64,000 bases of DNA from an uncultured bacterium (GTDB lineage: Bacteria > Fermentibacterota > Fermentibacteria > Fermentibacterales > JCC-6), in contig CAYREX010000003.1 of NCBI GenBank assembly GCA_964423505.1, positions 76,817-140,816 of the forward strand. Direction: 5' to 3'. The notes below the pieces were generated by a model that did no database searches, had not been told where the DNA came from, and saw nothing but the letters and a program-made list of their open reading frames with translations. The position numbers and the translations under genes are program-made. Positions 50,047 to 59,156 of this stretch are shown here, in pieces; the first letter of the stretch is position 1, and each line of letters opens with the position of its first letter.

Positions 50047-50565
50047 TCAGGGGGCGACGAAGCCCAGGCCCTCGTTCAGGACGGAGTCGATGGTGCAGGC
50101 GCGCCAGCCACTGGGGGTCTCCACCATGCGGACGTGGAGGTCCAGGTCCCACCACGGCTCCTCCGGCCTGACGCTTATGTGGACGGTTGCCTCCCCGCCC
50201 TCTCCGGTGACGCTGTCGAAGCGGACCACCGAGCTCTCCATGTAGTCCTGGACCGTGGGCATCGAGAGGAACATCTCGAGGACCGATATCTCGTCCCAGT
50301 ACTGCACCTCGTTGGCGGCGCAGTCCAGGCCGGCGGCGGCGAAGACCAGGGAGAGCTCGACGGTGGACATGTCCTTCATGCGTTCGAGCAGGACTCTGAA
50401 GATCGCCTCCATGCCCTGCCTGGTCTCCGGCTCCAGCCTGCGGAGGAGCTCGACGGCGTTTCCGGCCCTGGCCAGACCCCAGGCTTCCCGCGCGGCCTGC
50501 TCGGCGGGGTGCATGCCCCGGACGACCGCCGCGGAGAGCAGCAGGAGGGCGGCCGTCCGGAGCAT
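50047..50565 (-). CDS. Hypothetical secreted protein
   Basis: Start moved to ATG 50565 (MLRTAALLLLSAAVV signal peptide). The upstream part of the ORF is Arg-rich low complexity. Confidence 0.5.
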   Translation of the reverse strand: MLRTAALLLLSAAVVRGMHPAEQAAREAWGLARAGNAVELLRRLEPETRQGMEAIFRVLLERMKDMSTVELSLVFAAAGLDCAANEVQYWDEISVLEMFLSMPTVQDYMESSVVRFDSVTGEGGEATVHISVRPEEPWWDLDLHVRMVETPSGWRACTIDSVLNEGLGFVAP

Positions 50566-50576
50566 GCGTCCCAGGG

Positions 50577-51299
50577 CTACTGCTCCAGCTCGTAGGTGAC
50601 CGAGACCTCTATGCCCACCCGGAAGGCTCCGGGAGTGACCGGAGGCACCTCTCCGCCGTATCCGGCGCCGGCGCCGTAGTTGGCGTAGGAGTAGCCGTAG
50701 TCCTGGTAGTAGTAGTCGTTGGTCCACTCGCTTATGCCGGTGACCCTGCCCAGCTCCAGGCCGAAGCCGTCGGCGAGCTGCTCGGCCTTGGCTGCGGCGT
50801 TGGCGGCGGCCGTCTGCCGGGCCTCGGCGTAGAGGTCGGAGGTGTCCTCCACTCCGAAGGTGACGCTGCTGATGGTGTTGGCGCCGCCCTCCACCAGGGC
50901 GGAGAGCACGTCCCCGACCGAGTCGAGGTCGCGGACCACGGCGGTGGCGTAATGTGTGACGTGGTACTCCATCTCGCCGGTGTACTCGTAGGTGTAGTCG
51001 TCCCAGATCTGCTCCACCCAGAGGTTGTAGCTGGTGGTGCTGAGGTCCTCTCCGGCGACCCCCTCGGCCCTGGCCGCGGCCATGGCCTCCTCCATCAGAA
51101 TCGCGGCCTCGTCCACCGCCTCCCCCGGCTCGCGCCGCTTCAGGTCGACGCCGAAGACTATGGTGGCCATGTCCGGCTCGGCGCTGGCAATCCCGTGACC
51201 GGTGGAGCTGATGGTGGCCGGGTACTCGTACATCTCCTGCGCGGCCGCCGGCACGGCCAGGAGCAGGAGGGCGGCCCCGGCTGTCAGTGTCCTGAGCAT
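50577..51299 (-). CDS. SIMPL-domain (DUF541) periplasmic protein
   Basis: Signal peptide, then the SIMPL-like ATISSTGHGIASAEPDMATIVFGV... core and a Tyr/Gly-rich tail. Confidence 0.7.
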   Translation of the reverse strand: MLRTLTAGAALLLLAVPAAAQEMYEYPATISSTGHGIASAEPDMATIVFGVDLKRREPGEAVDEAAILMEEAMAAARAEGVAGEDLSTTSYNLWVEQIWDDYTYEYTGEMEYHVTHYATAVVRDLDSVGDVLSALVEGGANTISSVTFGVEDTSDLYAEARQTAAANAAAKAEQLADGFGLELGRVTGISEWTNDYYYQDYGYSYANYGAGAGYGGEVPPVTPGAFRVGIEVSVTYELEQ

Positions 51300-51369
51300 C
51301 TTCGTGACCCCTTTCAGATGGGTGTTCGGCACCGGATGGCCCCCGACCGCACGCTGCGGCGGGCGGGCC

Positions 51370-51789
51370 CTACTCTCCTATTACCTTCACCAGCACGCGT
51401 TTCTTCCTCCTGCCGTCGAACTCGCCGTAGAAGACCTGCTCCCAGGGGCCGAGGTCGAGCTTCCCGCCGGTGATGGCCAGGACCACCTCGCGGCCCATTA
51501 CCTGGCGCTTCAGGTGGGCGTCGCCGTTGTCCTCGCCGGTGTTGTTGTGCAGGTAGGCGGATGTCGGCTCGTGAGGCGCCAGCTCCTCCAGCCAGCGCTC
51601 GTAGTCCCGGTGCAGGCCCGGCTCGTCGTCGTTCACGAAGACGCTGGCGGTTATGTGCATGGCGTTGACGAGGCAGAGCCCCTCCTGCACTCCGCTGGCA
51701 CGGACCACCTCCCCGACGTTGCCCGTGATGTTTATGAAAGCCCGCCTCGTCGGCGTCTCGAACCAGAGGTACTCCGTGCTGCTCCTCAA
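51370..51789 (-). CDS. yjbQ: YjbQ/UPF0047-family protein
   Basis: [23 protein letters not shown]...[12 protein letters not shown]...[17 protein letters not shown] is UPF0047. TTG start with AAGGAGAG RBS. The N-terminal 100 codons of the longer ORF are Arg/Pro-rich. Confidence 0.7.
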   Translation of the reverse strand: MRSSTEYLWFETPTRRAFINITGNVGEVVRASGVQEGLCLVNAMHITASVFVNDDEPGLHRDYERWLEELAPHEPTSAYLHNNTGEDNGDAHLKRQVMGREVVLAITGGKLDLGPWEQVFYGEFDGRRKKRVLVKVIGE

Positions 51790-51791
51790 GG

Positions 51792-52079
51792 TCACTCTCC
51801 TTCTTCTTCCGGGTCGACGGGGGCGATATCCCGCCAGCCCCCTGCAGGTTCCCTGGCGGGGGAGGGGATGATTCGGTCGAAGGCGTCCAGCATCTCGCCA
51901 GCCATCTTGCGTGAGCTCGCGATGCAGGAGACGGCTATGGTGGCGCTGCGGGGCTCGCCCGGCGGCTCCATCCGCGCGAGGGAGAGGCCCATGCGCCTGG
52001 CCCTCTCCTGCAGGGAGCGGAGCTCGGCCCGGCGGTCCTTGAGGCTCCGGGCCCCGGGGATGACCAGCTCCCTGACCAT
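51792..52079 (-). CDS. DUF503 (YlxP-like) protein
   Basis: [23 protein letters not shown] matches the DUF503 N-terminus. Confidence 0.6.
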   Translation of the reverse strand: MVRELVIPGARSLKDRRAELRSLQERARRMGLSLARMEPPGEPRSATIAVSCIASSRKMAGEMLDAFDRIIPSPAREPAGGWRDIAPVDPEEEGE

Positions 52080-52196
52080 CACCCCGCACCAGAAGAGACC
52101 ACTGCCACTACCCATGTCGCACCTCCCGGGTTAAATATACAAGCGGGAGCCCGCCCGTTTACCCTGGGCGGCGCCGACGGGAAGGAGGATACCGCC

Positions 52197-52613
52197 GTGA
52201 GGTCCGTCCTGCTCTGGCTGATAGTCGGCCTTCCCTCCGCGGGGCTCGTCATGGCCGTGATGTTCGGCCTGGAGATGAAGCGCTTCGCGGAGGAGACTCC
52301 CCGCATCTCCACAAGGCGAGACCTGGACGCCTTCGGCCGCATGGCGAAGAGGCAGATGTACGCGGCCCTTGCCCAGATAGTGATACTCGGCCTGCCGGTC
52401 GTGCTCTACGTTGTGGGTCTGCTGAACGGAACCCTCCGGAACGACGACTTCCTCTACGTGGTCGTGCCCGGCAGCATCGTCTTCGTGGCCGCCAGGCTGC
52501 TGAAGGGCTGGGAGAGGCGCGTCCAGAGCCTGCCGGTGGACGACGGGGGACTGGAGCGGGAGCGGGACGCCATGGTCAGGGTCTGGATGCACAGGCCCTT
52601 CCCGGACTGGTAG
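52197..52613 (+). CDS. Hypothetical membrane protein
   Basis: Three hydrophobic helices. Sits between minus-strand genes. Confidence 0.4.
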   Translation: MRSVLLWLIVGLPSAGLVMAVMFGLEMKRFAEETPRISTRRDLDAFGRMAKRQMYAALAQIVILGLPVVLYVVGLLNGTLRNDDFLYVVVPGSIVFVAARLLKGWERRVQSLPVDDGGLERERDAMVRVWMHRPFPDW

Positions 52614-52615
52614 TC

Positions 52616-54814
52616 TCAGCCGCCTTCCCGTCCCAGAACCAGGGCGGCCATCGGCGGCAGGGTAAGCTCCGCGGAGAAGGGGAGGGAGTGGAAGGGGACC
52701 GCCTCCGCCTCCGCTCCGCCCATGTTCCCCCAACCGGAGCCGCCGTAGTGCTCCGAGTCCGAGTTGAGAAGCTCGACCCAGCGCCCCCCGCGGGGCAGGC
52801 CGACCCTGTAGCCCTGCCTGGGCGTCGGGGTGAGGTTCAGTATGCAGACCAGCTCCTCGCCGGCCGGTGACCTCCTGATGTAGGAGACCACCGTGGCCTG
52901 CTCGTCCCTGAAGTCGACCCACCGGAAGCCGGCCGGGTCCGAGTCGAGCTCGTAGAGGGCCGGGTGTGCCTCCGCGAGGGCGTTCAGGTCGGTGACCAGC
53001 CTGAGGACGCCCCCGTGGGTCGTGTGGGCCAGCAGCTCCCAGTCGAGCTCGCCGTCGTGGTCCCACTCCCTCCACTGCGCCAGCTCGCCGCCCATGAAGA
53101 GCAGCTGCTTGCCCGGATGCGTCCACTGGTAGGCCAGGAGGGTCCTCAGGTTGGCCAGCTTCCGCCACTGGTCTCCCGCGCCCTTGCCGGTCAGTGAGGA
53201 CTTGCCGTGGACGACCTCGTCGTGGGAGAGGGGGAGGATGTAGCGCTCGGAGAAGGCGTAGACCAGGGAGAAGGTCAGGTCCCGCATGTGGTGCTTCCTG
53301 TGGACCGGGTCCCTGGCGAAGAAGCGGAGCGAGTCGTTCATCCAGCCCATGTTCCACTTGAAGGTGAAGCCGAGGCCGCCCTCCGACGTGGGGGCTGTGA
53401 CGCCGGGCCAGGCGGTGCTCTCCTCGGCGGCGGTGATGAAGCCCGGGTGCTCGTCCCGCAGGACGTCGTTCACCGTTCTCAGCAGCTCCACCGCATCCAG
53501 GTCCTCCCGGCCGCCGTAGCGGTTGGGCACCCACTCGCCCGGCGGGCGCGAGTAGTCCAGGTAGAGCATCGAGGCGACGGCGTCCACCCGCAGGCCGTCC
53601 ACGTGGTACCTGTGGGCCCAGAAGAGGGCGCTGGCCAGCAGGAAGTTCCGGACCTCGTTCCTGCCGTAGTTGAAGACCAGGGTCCCCCAGTCGGGGTGCC
53701 TGCCCCTCCGTGGGTCCTCGTGCTCGTAGAGGGCGGTGCCGTCCAGCCGGGCCAGGCCGTGCGGGTCGTCGGGGAAGTGGGCCGGTGCCCAGTCGAGAAT
53801 CACGCCGATGCCGGCGCGGTGGCAGGCGTCCACGAATCGCTGGAATCCCTCGGGTGGGCCCAGGCGGACCGTTGGGGCGTAGTAGCCCAGGGTCTGGTAG
53901 CCCCAGGATCCGTCGAATGGGTGCTCCATTACCGGCAGGAGCTCCACGTGTGTGAAGCCGGCATCCCCGACGTAGGGGACGAGCCGGTCGATGAGCAGGT
54001 CCCACGTCGGGAAGCCGCCCTCCGGCCTGCGCCAGGACTGCGGGTGCACCTCGTAGATGCTGATGCGCTCCCTCGAGTGGTCCAGCCCGGCCCTCCGCTC
54101 CATCCAGTCCCCGTCGGTCCAACGGTGGAGGCAGACGTCCTCCACGACGGAGGCGGTCATGGGGCGGAGCTCCGACCGGAGGGCGAGCGGGTCGGCCTTC
54201 TCCAGCGTTCCGCCGTCCCCGGTCATGACGCTGTACTTGTAGAGGTCACCCCTGCCCAGCCCGGGGACGAACAGCTCCCATACGCCGGACTCGCCCCGGG
54301 ATCTCATGGGGTGCCTGCGCCTGTCCCAGCCGTTCCAGCTTCCGATGACGCTCACGCCGGAGGCGTTGGGGGCCCAGAGGGAGAAGAGAACCCCCTCGCA
54401 GTCGCCGGCCCTCCATAGCCTGCCGCCGAACCTGTCGTAGAGCCGCAGGTGCCTGCCCTCGCCCAGGAGGTAGAGGTCGGTGTCACCCAGCTGGGGCAAA
54501 AACACGTAGGGGTCCCTGGTCTCCCACGAGTCCCCCTCCTCCGTCTCCAGGACCAGGGTATACCCGAAGCGCGGCTCGCCCGGTGGGGAGGACCATGCGA
54601 AGACGCCCTCCGGGTGGACCCTCGTCATCGGGAGCGGCTCTCCGCCCTCGGGCCTGACCATGGCCCGGGTGGCGACGGGACAGAAGGTGCGCACCTCGAG
54701 GGAGCCGCCCTCCGTCCGGTGCATGCCGAGGAGGGTGAAGGGGTCCGGCAGCTCGGCCGCCGCTATCCGGTCGAGCTGGGAGGGGGAGAGGACGGTGCCG
54801 GGCCGGGAGGTCAG
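52616..54814 (-). CDS. glgB: 1,4-alpha-glucan branching enzyme; start codon unresolved
   Basis: GH13 branching-enzyme motifs (LYDRFGGRLW..., ...VDGLRVDAVASMLYLDYSR..., HDEVVHGKSSL). Similarity starts at SPSQLDRIAAAELPDPFTLLGMH, immediately after the mgtE stop. No ATG/GTG/TTG is available in frame there. The ORF's annotated ATG at 55105 would overlap mgtE by 295 bp and add a Gly/Arg-rich leader. Confidence 0.8.
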   Translation of the reverse strand: MTSRPGTVLSPSQLDRIAAAELPDPFTLLGMHRTEGGSLEVRTFCPVATRAMVRPEGGEPLPMTRVHPEGVFAWSSPPGEPRFGYTLVLETEEGDSWETRDPYVFLPQLGDTDLYLLGEGRHLRLYDRFGGRLWRAGDCEGVLFSLWAPNASGVSVIGSWNGWDRRRHPMRSRGESGVWELFVPGLGRGDLYKYSVMTGDGGTLEKADPLALRSELRPMTASVVEDVCLHRWTDGDWMERRAGLDHSRERISIYEVHPQSWRRPEGGFPTWDLLIDRLVPYVGDAGFTHVELLPVMEHPFDGSWGYQTLGYYAPTVRLGPPEGFQRFVDACHRAGIGVILDWAPAHFPDDPHGLARLDGTALYEHEDPRRGRHPDWGTLVFNYGRNEVRNFLLASALFWAHRYHVDGLRVDAVASMLYLDYSRPPGEWVPNRYGGREDLDAVELLRTVNDVLRDEHPGFITAAEESTAWPGVTAPTSEGGLGFTFKWNMGWMNDSLRFFARDPVHRKHHMRDLTFSLVYAFSERYILPLSHDEVVHGKSSLTGKGAGDQWRKLANLRTLLAYQWTHPGKQLLFMGGELAQWREWDHDGELDWELLAHTTHGGVLRLVTDLNALAEAHPALYELDSDPAGFRWVDFRDEQATVVSYIRRSPAGEELVCILNLTPTPRQGYRVGLPRGGRWVELLNSDSEHYGGSGWGNMGGAEAEAVPFHSLPFSAELTLPPMAALVLGREGG

Positions 54815-56166
54815 GTTATCACCAGCATCCCGAGGCCCAGGAGCAGGAGGTAGCCGAGCGAGTCGGTGAAGGCGGTGAGGAGTATGTTGCTGCCCAGGGC
54901 CGGGTCGCGGCCCATGGAGCGGAGGAGCAGAGGTATCGCGGCGCCCAGCATCCCCGCCAGGCACATGTTCCCCACCATCGCCATGAGTATGACCAGCCCG
55001 AAGAGGAGCGGGCTCGCCGCGCCGCCCGGGAACAGGACCGCCACCAGCGCCGCGACCGTCCCTGCCACGAGGCCCATCATGAGGCCGACCCGGGCCTCCT
55101 TCCACATGGCCCGGAGGCTGGAGGAGAACTCCATCTCGCCCAGCGCGATGCCCCTGGTGATTACGACCAGCGACTGGTTGCCGGTGTTGCCGCCCATGCC
55201 GGCGACTATCGGCATGAAGGCCACGAGGGTGGCAACCTGCTCGATGGCGCCCTGGAAGAGCCTGACCACCATGGATGCGGCGAAGGCCGTCAGGAGGTTT
55301 ACCCAGACCCAGGGGAAGCGCCTGCGGAACGCCATGGACACCGGGGTGAATATCCTGTCCTCCTCCGAGAGGCCGGCCATCCGGTACATGTCCTCGGTGG
55401 CCTCCTCCTCCATGACGTCGAAGAGGCTGTCGCCCGGGATTACGCCCACCAGGCGGTGGTTGTCGTCCACCACCGGGATGGCCATCAGGTCGTACTTCCG
55501 GGCGAGCTGGGCGGCCTCCTCACGGTCCGAGTGGACGTTCACGGTGAACGGGTCGGACATCATGATCTTCCGCACCGGAGTGTCCTGCGGACACGTCACC
55601 AGGCGCCGGAGGGGTATCACCCCGGCGAGGCGGCGGTGGTCGTCGATCACGTAGACGTAGAAGGGGACGTCCACGTCGCCGCTCTGCTCCCTGATGCTCT
55701 GGACCGCCTCCGCCGCGGCTATCTCGTCGGGTATGGACATGTAGCCGGCGCTCATGCAGTAGCCGGCGGAGTCCTCCGGGTAGATCAGGAGCCGCTCTAT
55801 CCGGCTGCGCTCCCTGGGCTCCATCTGCTCGAGGAGGCTGTCCCGCCGCTCCTCCGGGACCGCCTCCAGCAGGAGCACGGCGTCGTTCGGGTCCAGCCTT
55901 CCCAGCAGCTCGACGGTCTTGGTGTCCTCGAGGCGCTCGAGTATGGGAGTCAGGATGCCCTCGGGGAGCTCGGCCAGCACCGCTCCCGCCAGCTTCTGGG
56001 TGAAGAGCAGCTCCACCAGCACGGTGGCCTCCGAGGGGGTCATCGTGCCGAAGAGGTCGGCGATGTCGGCCGGGTGCATCTTCCGGACGGCGATGACCGC
56101 GCGGCTGGTGGCGCCGCTGGATATCAGCTTCCGAATGTACTCGCCGTGCTTCTGGGTGAGCGGCAT
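54811..56166 (-). CDS. mgtE: Magnesium transporter MgtE
   Basis: MgtE N-domain, tandem CBS domains and the C-terminal TM domain (...GNTGNQSLVVITRGIALGE...). Confidence 0.85.
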   Translation of the reverse strand: MPLTQKHGEYIRKLISSGATSRAVIAVRKMHPADIADLFGTMTPSEATVLVELLFTQKLAGAVLAELPEGILTPILERLEDTKTVELLGRLDPNDAVLLLEAVPEERRDSLLEQMEPRERSRIERLLIYPEDSAGYCMSAGYMSIPDEIAAAEAVQSIREQSGDVDVPFYVYVIDDHRRLAGVIPLRRLVTCPQDTPVRKIMMSDPFTVNVHSDREEAAQLARKYDLMAIPVVDDNHRLVGVIPGDSLFDVMEEEATEDMYRMAGLSEEDRIFTPVSMAFRRRFPWVWVNLLTAFAASMVVRLFQGAIEQVATLVAFMPIVAGMGGNTGNQSLVVITRGIALGEMEFSSSLRAMWKEARVGLMMGLVAGTVAALVAVLFPGGAASPLLFGLVILMAMVGNMCLAGMLGAAIPLLLRSMGRDPALGSNILLTAFTDSLGYLLLLGLGMLVIT

Positions 56167-56246
56167 AGCCCTGACCTCCCTCCGGGGCCCCTAAGCTGCG
56201 CGCCCGGCCGCTGGGGCCGGGCGCGGCTCGGGACCTACGGGGTCCT

Positions 56247-56837
56247 CTAGCGGAATCCCCTCGGGATGCCGGGCATGACGATGTTCGCCAGGACCGACGT
56301 CAGGGCGCCGGCGACTATCATGCCGACCAGGAGGACCACGAAGTAGCCCACCTGCTTCTCCTTGGGGATGTCCAGCAGCTTGTCGGTGGCCATGTAGAGC
56401 AGGTAGAGGCCGTAGAGGCCGCCGAGGAATGCGAGGGGTGCCAGCGGCAGGAAGATGAAGAAGACGCCGGCCACCCAGCCGGGCGTGTAGGAGTAGATGA
56501 CCGCCTTGCCCGCCTGGTCCACCGAGACGGAGCCGCCGAAGCTGTCGGCCAGCTTGGAGGCGATGAAGGAGACGCCCACCAGGAGGGCGATGCTGGCCAC
56601 GAACCATACGATGGCGTAGGGGATGGCGTACTGCATCGGGTACCGCACGGTGTACCCCATGAAGCTCCTGCCGATGAGCCCGTAGCCGATGAAGTTGGCT
56701 ATGGCCGGGATGGCGGCGAGGAAGACGGCGTAGTTGAGAATCATTTCCTTCAGGGTGGTGGGCTCCTCACGCACCTCGGCGAAGAAGTCGCCAGGGTTGG
56801 TGATGAGCCTGATCACCTTCTGGATGATCTGGTCCAT
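56247..56837 (-). CDS. Yip1-family membrane protein
   Basis: Five TM helices and the N-terminal ITNPGDFF motif typical of Yip1/DUF1282. Confidence 0.65.
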   Translation of the reverse strand: MDQIIQKVIRLITNPGDFFAEVREEPTTLKEMILNYAVFLAAIPAIANFIGYGLIGRSFMGYTVRYPMQYAIPYAIVWFVASIALLVGVSFIASKLADSFGGSVSVDQAGKAVIYSYTPGWVAGVFFIFLPLAPLAFLGGLYGLYLLYMATDKLLDIPKEKQVGYFVVLLVGMIVAGALTSVLANIVMPGIPRGFR

Positions 56838-57049
56838 TGCTCCTCCTGTTCAGCGGGCCTGCGGCCCTTCCCGTATCGAGATGATAGACCCCTCCTGCGT
56901 CGTTCCTATTATTCTATACGGCGTGTGGGTCGGGTAGTGCGCAGCCGGCCCGTTTTCGTATTGACACCCCGGAACCCCGGGGGTAGCATTGGCATTGTCC
57001 ATCCGAAGGCCCATTCCAGACCCACGCACTGACCACTGGAGGGAGAGGC

Positions 57050-57385
57050 ATGCAGGACCGGATGAGCGACCGCAGGTCCCACCGCAGGACCGTACTCGAC
57101 TGCGACCTGACGCTCAGTCCCGAGAACATGCCGGTCCTCCCGGTGGTAACCATGAACCTGAGCGCCTCCGGGATATACTGCGTCAGCTCGAGGAGCCTCG
57201 GTGAGCTCGCGAGGGTGGAGCTGGTCCTGCGGATGGAGGGCATGGAGGAGATATCCGCCAGGGCCGTAGTCATACGCGAGGAGCAGCTCTGCGACGGCAC
57301 CTACGGCATCGGGCTCTTCTTCACGAGGATATCGGAGGAGCACCGTGACGCCATCATCGAGCGCACCGGGGAGAAGGTGAGGTAA
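57050..57385 (+). CDS. PilZ-domain protein (c-di-GMP receptor)
   Basis: RRSHRR...DLTLS...LSASGIYCVS (RxxxR and D/NxSxxG PilZ motifs). Confidence 0.65.
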   Translation: MQDRMSDRRSHRRTVLDCDLTLSPENMPVLPVVTMNLSASGIYCVSSRSLGELARVELVLRMEGMEEISARAVVIREEQLCDGTYGIGLFFTRISEEHRDAIIERTGEKVR

Positions 57386-58491
57386 TGCGTCACCCCAGGC
57401 CGGCTCTCACGTCCGCGGCGGTCGCCCTTCTGGTCATTGCCGCGCTCCCGTCGGTCGCCGGAGGAGCAAAGTACGCAGGCGAGTTCCTCTCCATAGGCGC
57501 GGGGGCCAGGGGCCTCGCCATGGGCAGCGCCTTCTGCGCCGTGGCGGACGACGCCACCGCCGGCTACTGGAACCCTGCCGGGCTCCACCTGCTCCAGGGG
57601 CAGGAGGCCCAGCTTATGCACTCCGAGCGCTTCGGCGGCCTGGTCACCTACGACTACCTGGGGTACGGGCGCTCGAACGGCAGCACCGGCCTGGGCGCCA
57701 GCCTGTTCAGGACCGATGCGGGCGACATAGCAGACACACGCGACCTGGAGTGGTACGACACCGGGTCCGACGGCGTCTTCGGGGAGGACGGCACCGGCGA
57801 GCCGGGCGACTCGGGCAACGACGACTACGACCCGGAGAGCAACCCCTACGGCACCGAGGGCAACGGCCAGTGGGACCCGGGCGAGGAGATAATCTACGAC
57901 GAGAGCCGGATATCATGGGGCAGCGGCGTCGACTACGCCCTCTACCTCAGCTGGTCCCGCAGCTTCACCTCGACCCTCTCCCTGGGGGCCAGCGCCAAGC
58001 TGGTCCACCGGAGCCTCGTCGGGTACAGGGCCTTCGGGATGGGACTGGACGTCGGCGTCAGGTGGCAGCCCTCCGAGGCCTTCTCGGCGGGGCTGAACCT
58101 CCAGGACGTCACCGGCACGCACATGTTCTGGGACACCGGCAGCAACGAGTCGGTCCTCCCGACGGCCAAGCTCGGCTTCGCCTTCAGATGGCCCCTCAGG
58201 AAGTTCGCCACCGTTGCCACCTTCGCCGCGGACGGAGACTTCCGGTTCGAGGGCAGGGAGTACGCCGCCCAGTACCACTTCGGCGGTGTCAGCCTCGACA
58301 CCCATTTGGGCGCCGAGTTCACGGTGAAGGAGCTTGTCTCGCTGCGAATCGGCGCCGCCGAGGGCGACATGACAGCCGGCCTCGGCCTGAGCCTCGACCT
58401 CTTCCGCCGCCCGGTCTCGCTGGACTACGCCTACCTGGCCCACCAGGACCTGGACAGCACCCACAGGATATCCCTGGGGGTGGGGTTCTGA
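57385..58491 (+). CDS. Outer-membrane beta-barrel protein, PorV/LptO-like
   Basis: Signal peptide, then GAGARGLAMGSAFCAVADDATAGYWNPAGL as found in the PorV/UPF0164 family. Alternating beta-strand pattern and a C-terminal aromatic residue. Confidence 0.6.
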   Translation: MRHPRPALTSAAVALLVIAALPSVAGGAKYAGEFLSIGAGARGLAMGSAFCAVADDATAGYWNPAGLHLLQGQEAQLMHSERFGGLVTYDYLGYGRSNGSTGLGASLFRTDAGDIADTRDLEWYDTGSDGVFGEDGTGEPGDSGNDDYDPESNPYGTEGNGQWDPGEEIIYDESRISWGSGVDYALYLSWSRSFTSTLSLGASAKLVHRSLVGYRAFGMGLDVGVRWQPSEAFSAGLNLQDVTGTHMFWDTGSNESVLPTAKLGFAFRWPLRKFATVATFAADGDFRFEGREYAAQYHFGGVSLDTHLGAEFTVKELVSLRIGAAEGDMTAGLGLSLDLFRRPVSLDYAYLAHQDLDSTHRISLGVGF

Positions 58492-58507
58492 GGCTCCCTC
58501 CCGGGGG

Positions 58508-59137
58508 ATGACCGCTCCCCATTCCGAAGAGGGCGTCAGGAAGGCGATACACCTCTGCTCCATTGCCTTCCCGGTCGCCACCGTCCTGGCTAACAGGCTC
58601 TATCCGGAGTACGGCAGCGTCTACCTGGCAGCAGTGCTGGCGGCGGTTGCCGTCCTTCTCATGCTCTTCGATCTCATGAAGGCCAGGGTCAGGCCCTTCA
58701 GGTCCTTCGTCCGGCACTTCTTCGGCAGGGTCCTGAGGGAGAGGGAGCTGGAGGGGGGCATGACCGGCTCCACCATCGTCGTCGCCAGCGCGGCGTTCAC
58801 GATACTGGTCTTCAGGGAGCCGGTGGCCGTGGCCGCCCTGGTCTTCCTCAGCCTGGGGGACAGCTCGGCCGCCCTCGTGGGCAAGCACTTCGGAAGGATA
58901 AGGCTCGTCTCGGGAAGGACCCTGGAGGGGAGCCTCGCCGCCCTGAACGTATGCCTGGCCTCCGGCATGGTCATGCTCTGGCTCGCTCCCGACATGGGAT
59001 GGCGCCTGACTCCCGCGACCATCCTGGTCGGCTCCCTGGTCGCCACGGTTTCCGAGCTGGTGGACATGCCGCTTGACGACAACTTCCGCATACCTGTCTT
59101 CGCGGGGATAGCCATGGAGCTGATGCTCCCCGGCTGA
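58508..59137 (+). CDS. CTP-dependent polyprenol/diacylglycerol kinase-family membrane protein (DUF92/SEC59-like)
   Basis: Polytopic, with GDSSAALVGKHFGRIRL...GRTLEGSLAA motif of the CdsA/phytol-kinase superfamily. Confidence 0.55.
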   Translation: MTAPHSEEGVRKAIHLCSIAFPVATVLANRLYPEYGSVYLAAVLAAVAVLLMLFDLMKARVRPFRSFVRHFFGRVLRERELEGGMTGSTIVVASAAFTILVFREPVAVAALVFLSLGDSSAALVGKHFGRIRLVSGRTLEGSLAALNVCLASGMVMLWLAPDMGWRLTPATILVGSLVATVSELVDMPLDDNFRIPVFAGIAMELMLPG

Positions 59138-59156
59138 TGACCAGGGACGGACTGCC

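Noticed and set aside
52131-54122. 663-aa minus-strand ORF overlapping glgB
   Set aside because: Arg/Pro/Gly-rich off-frame translation of the glgB coding region. glgB homology is unambiguous in the other frame.
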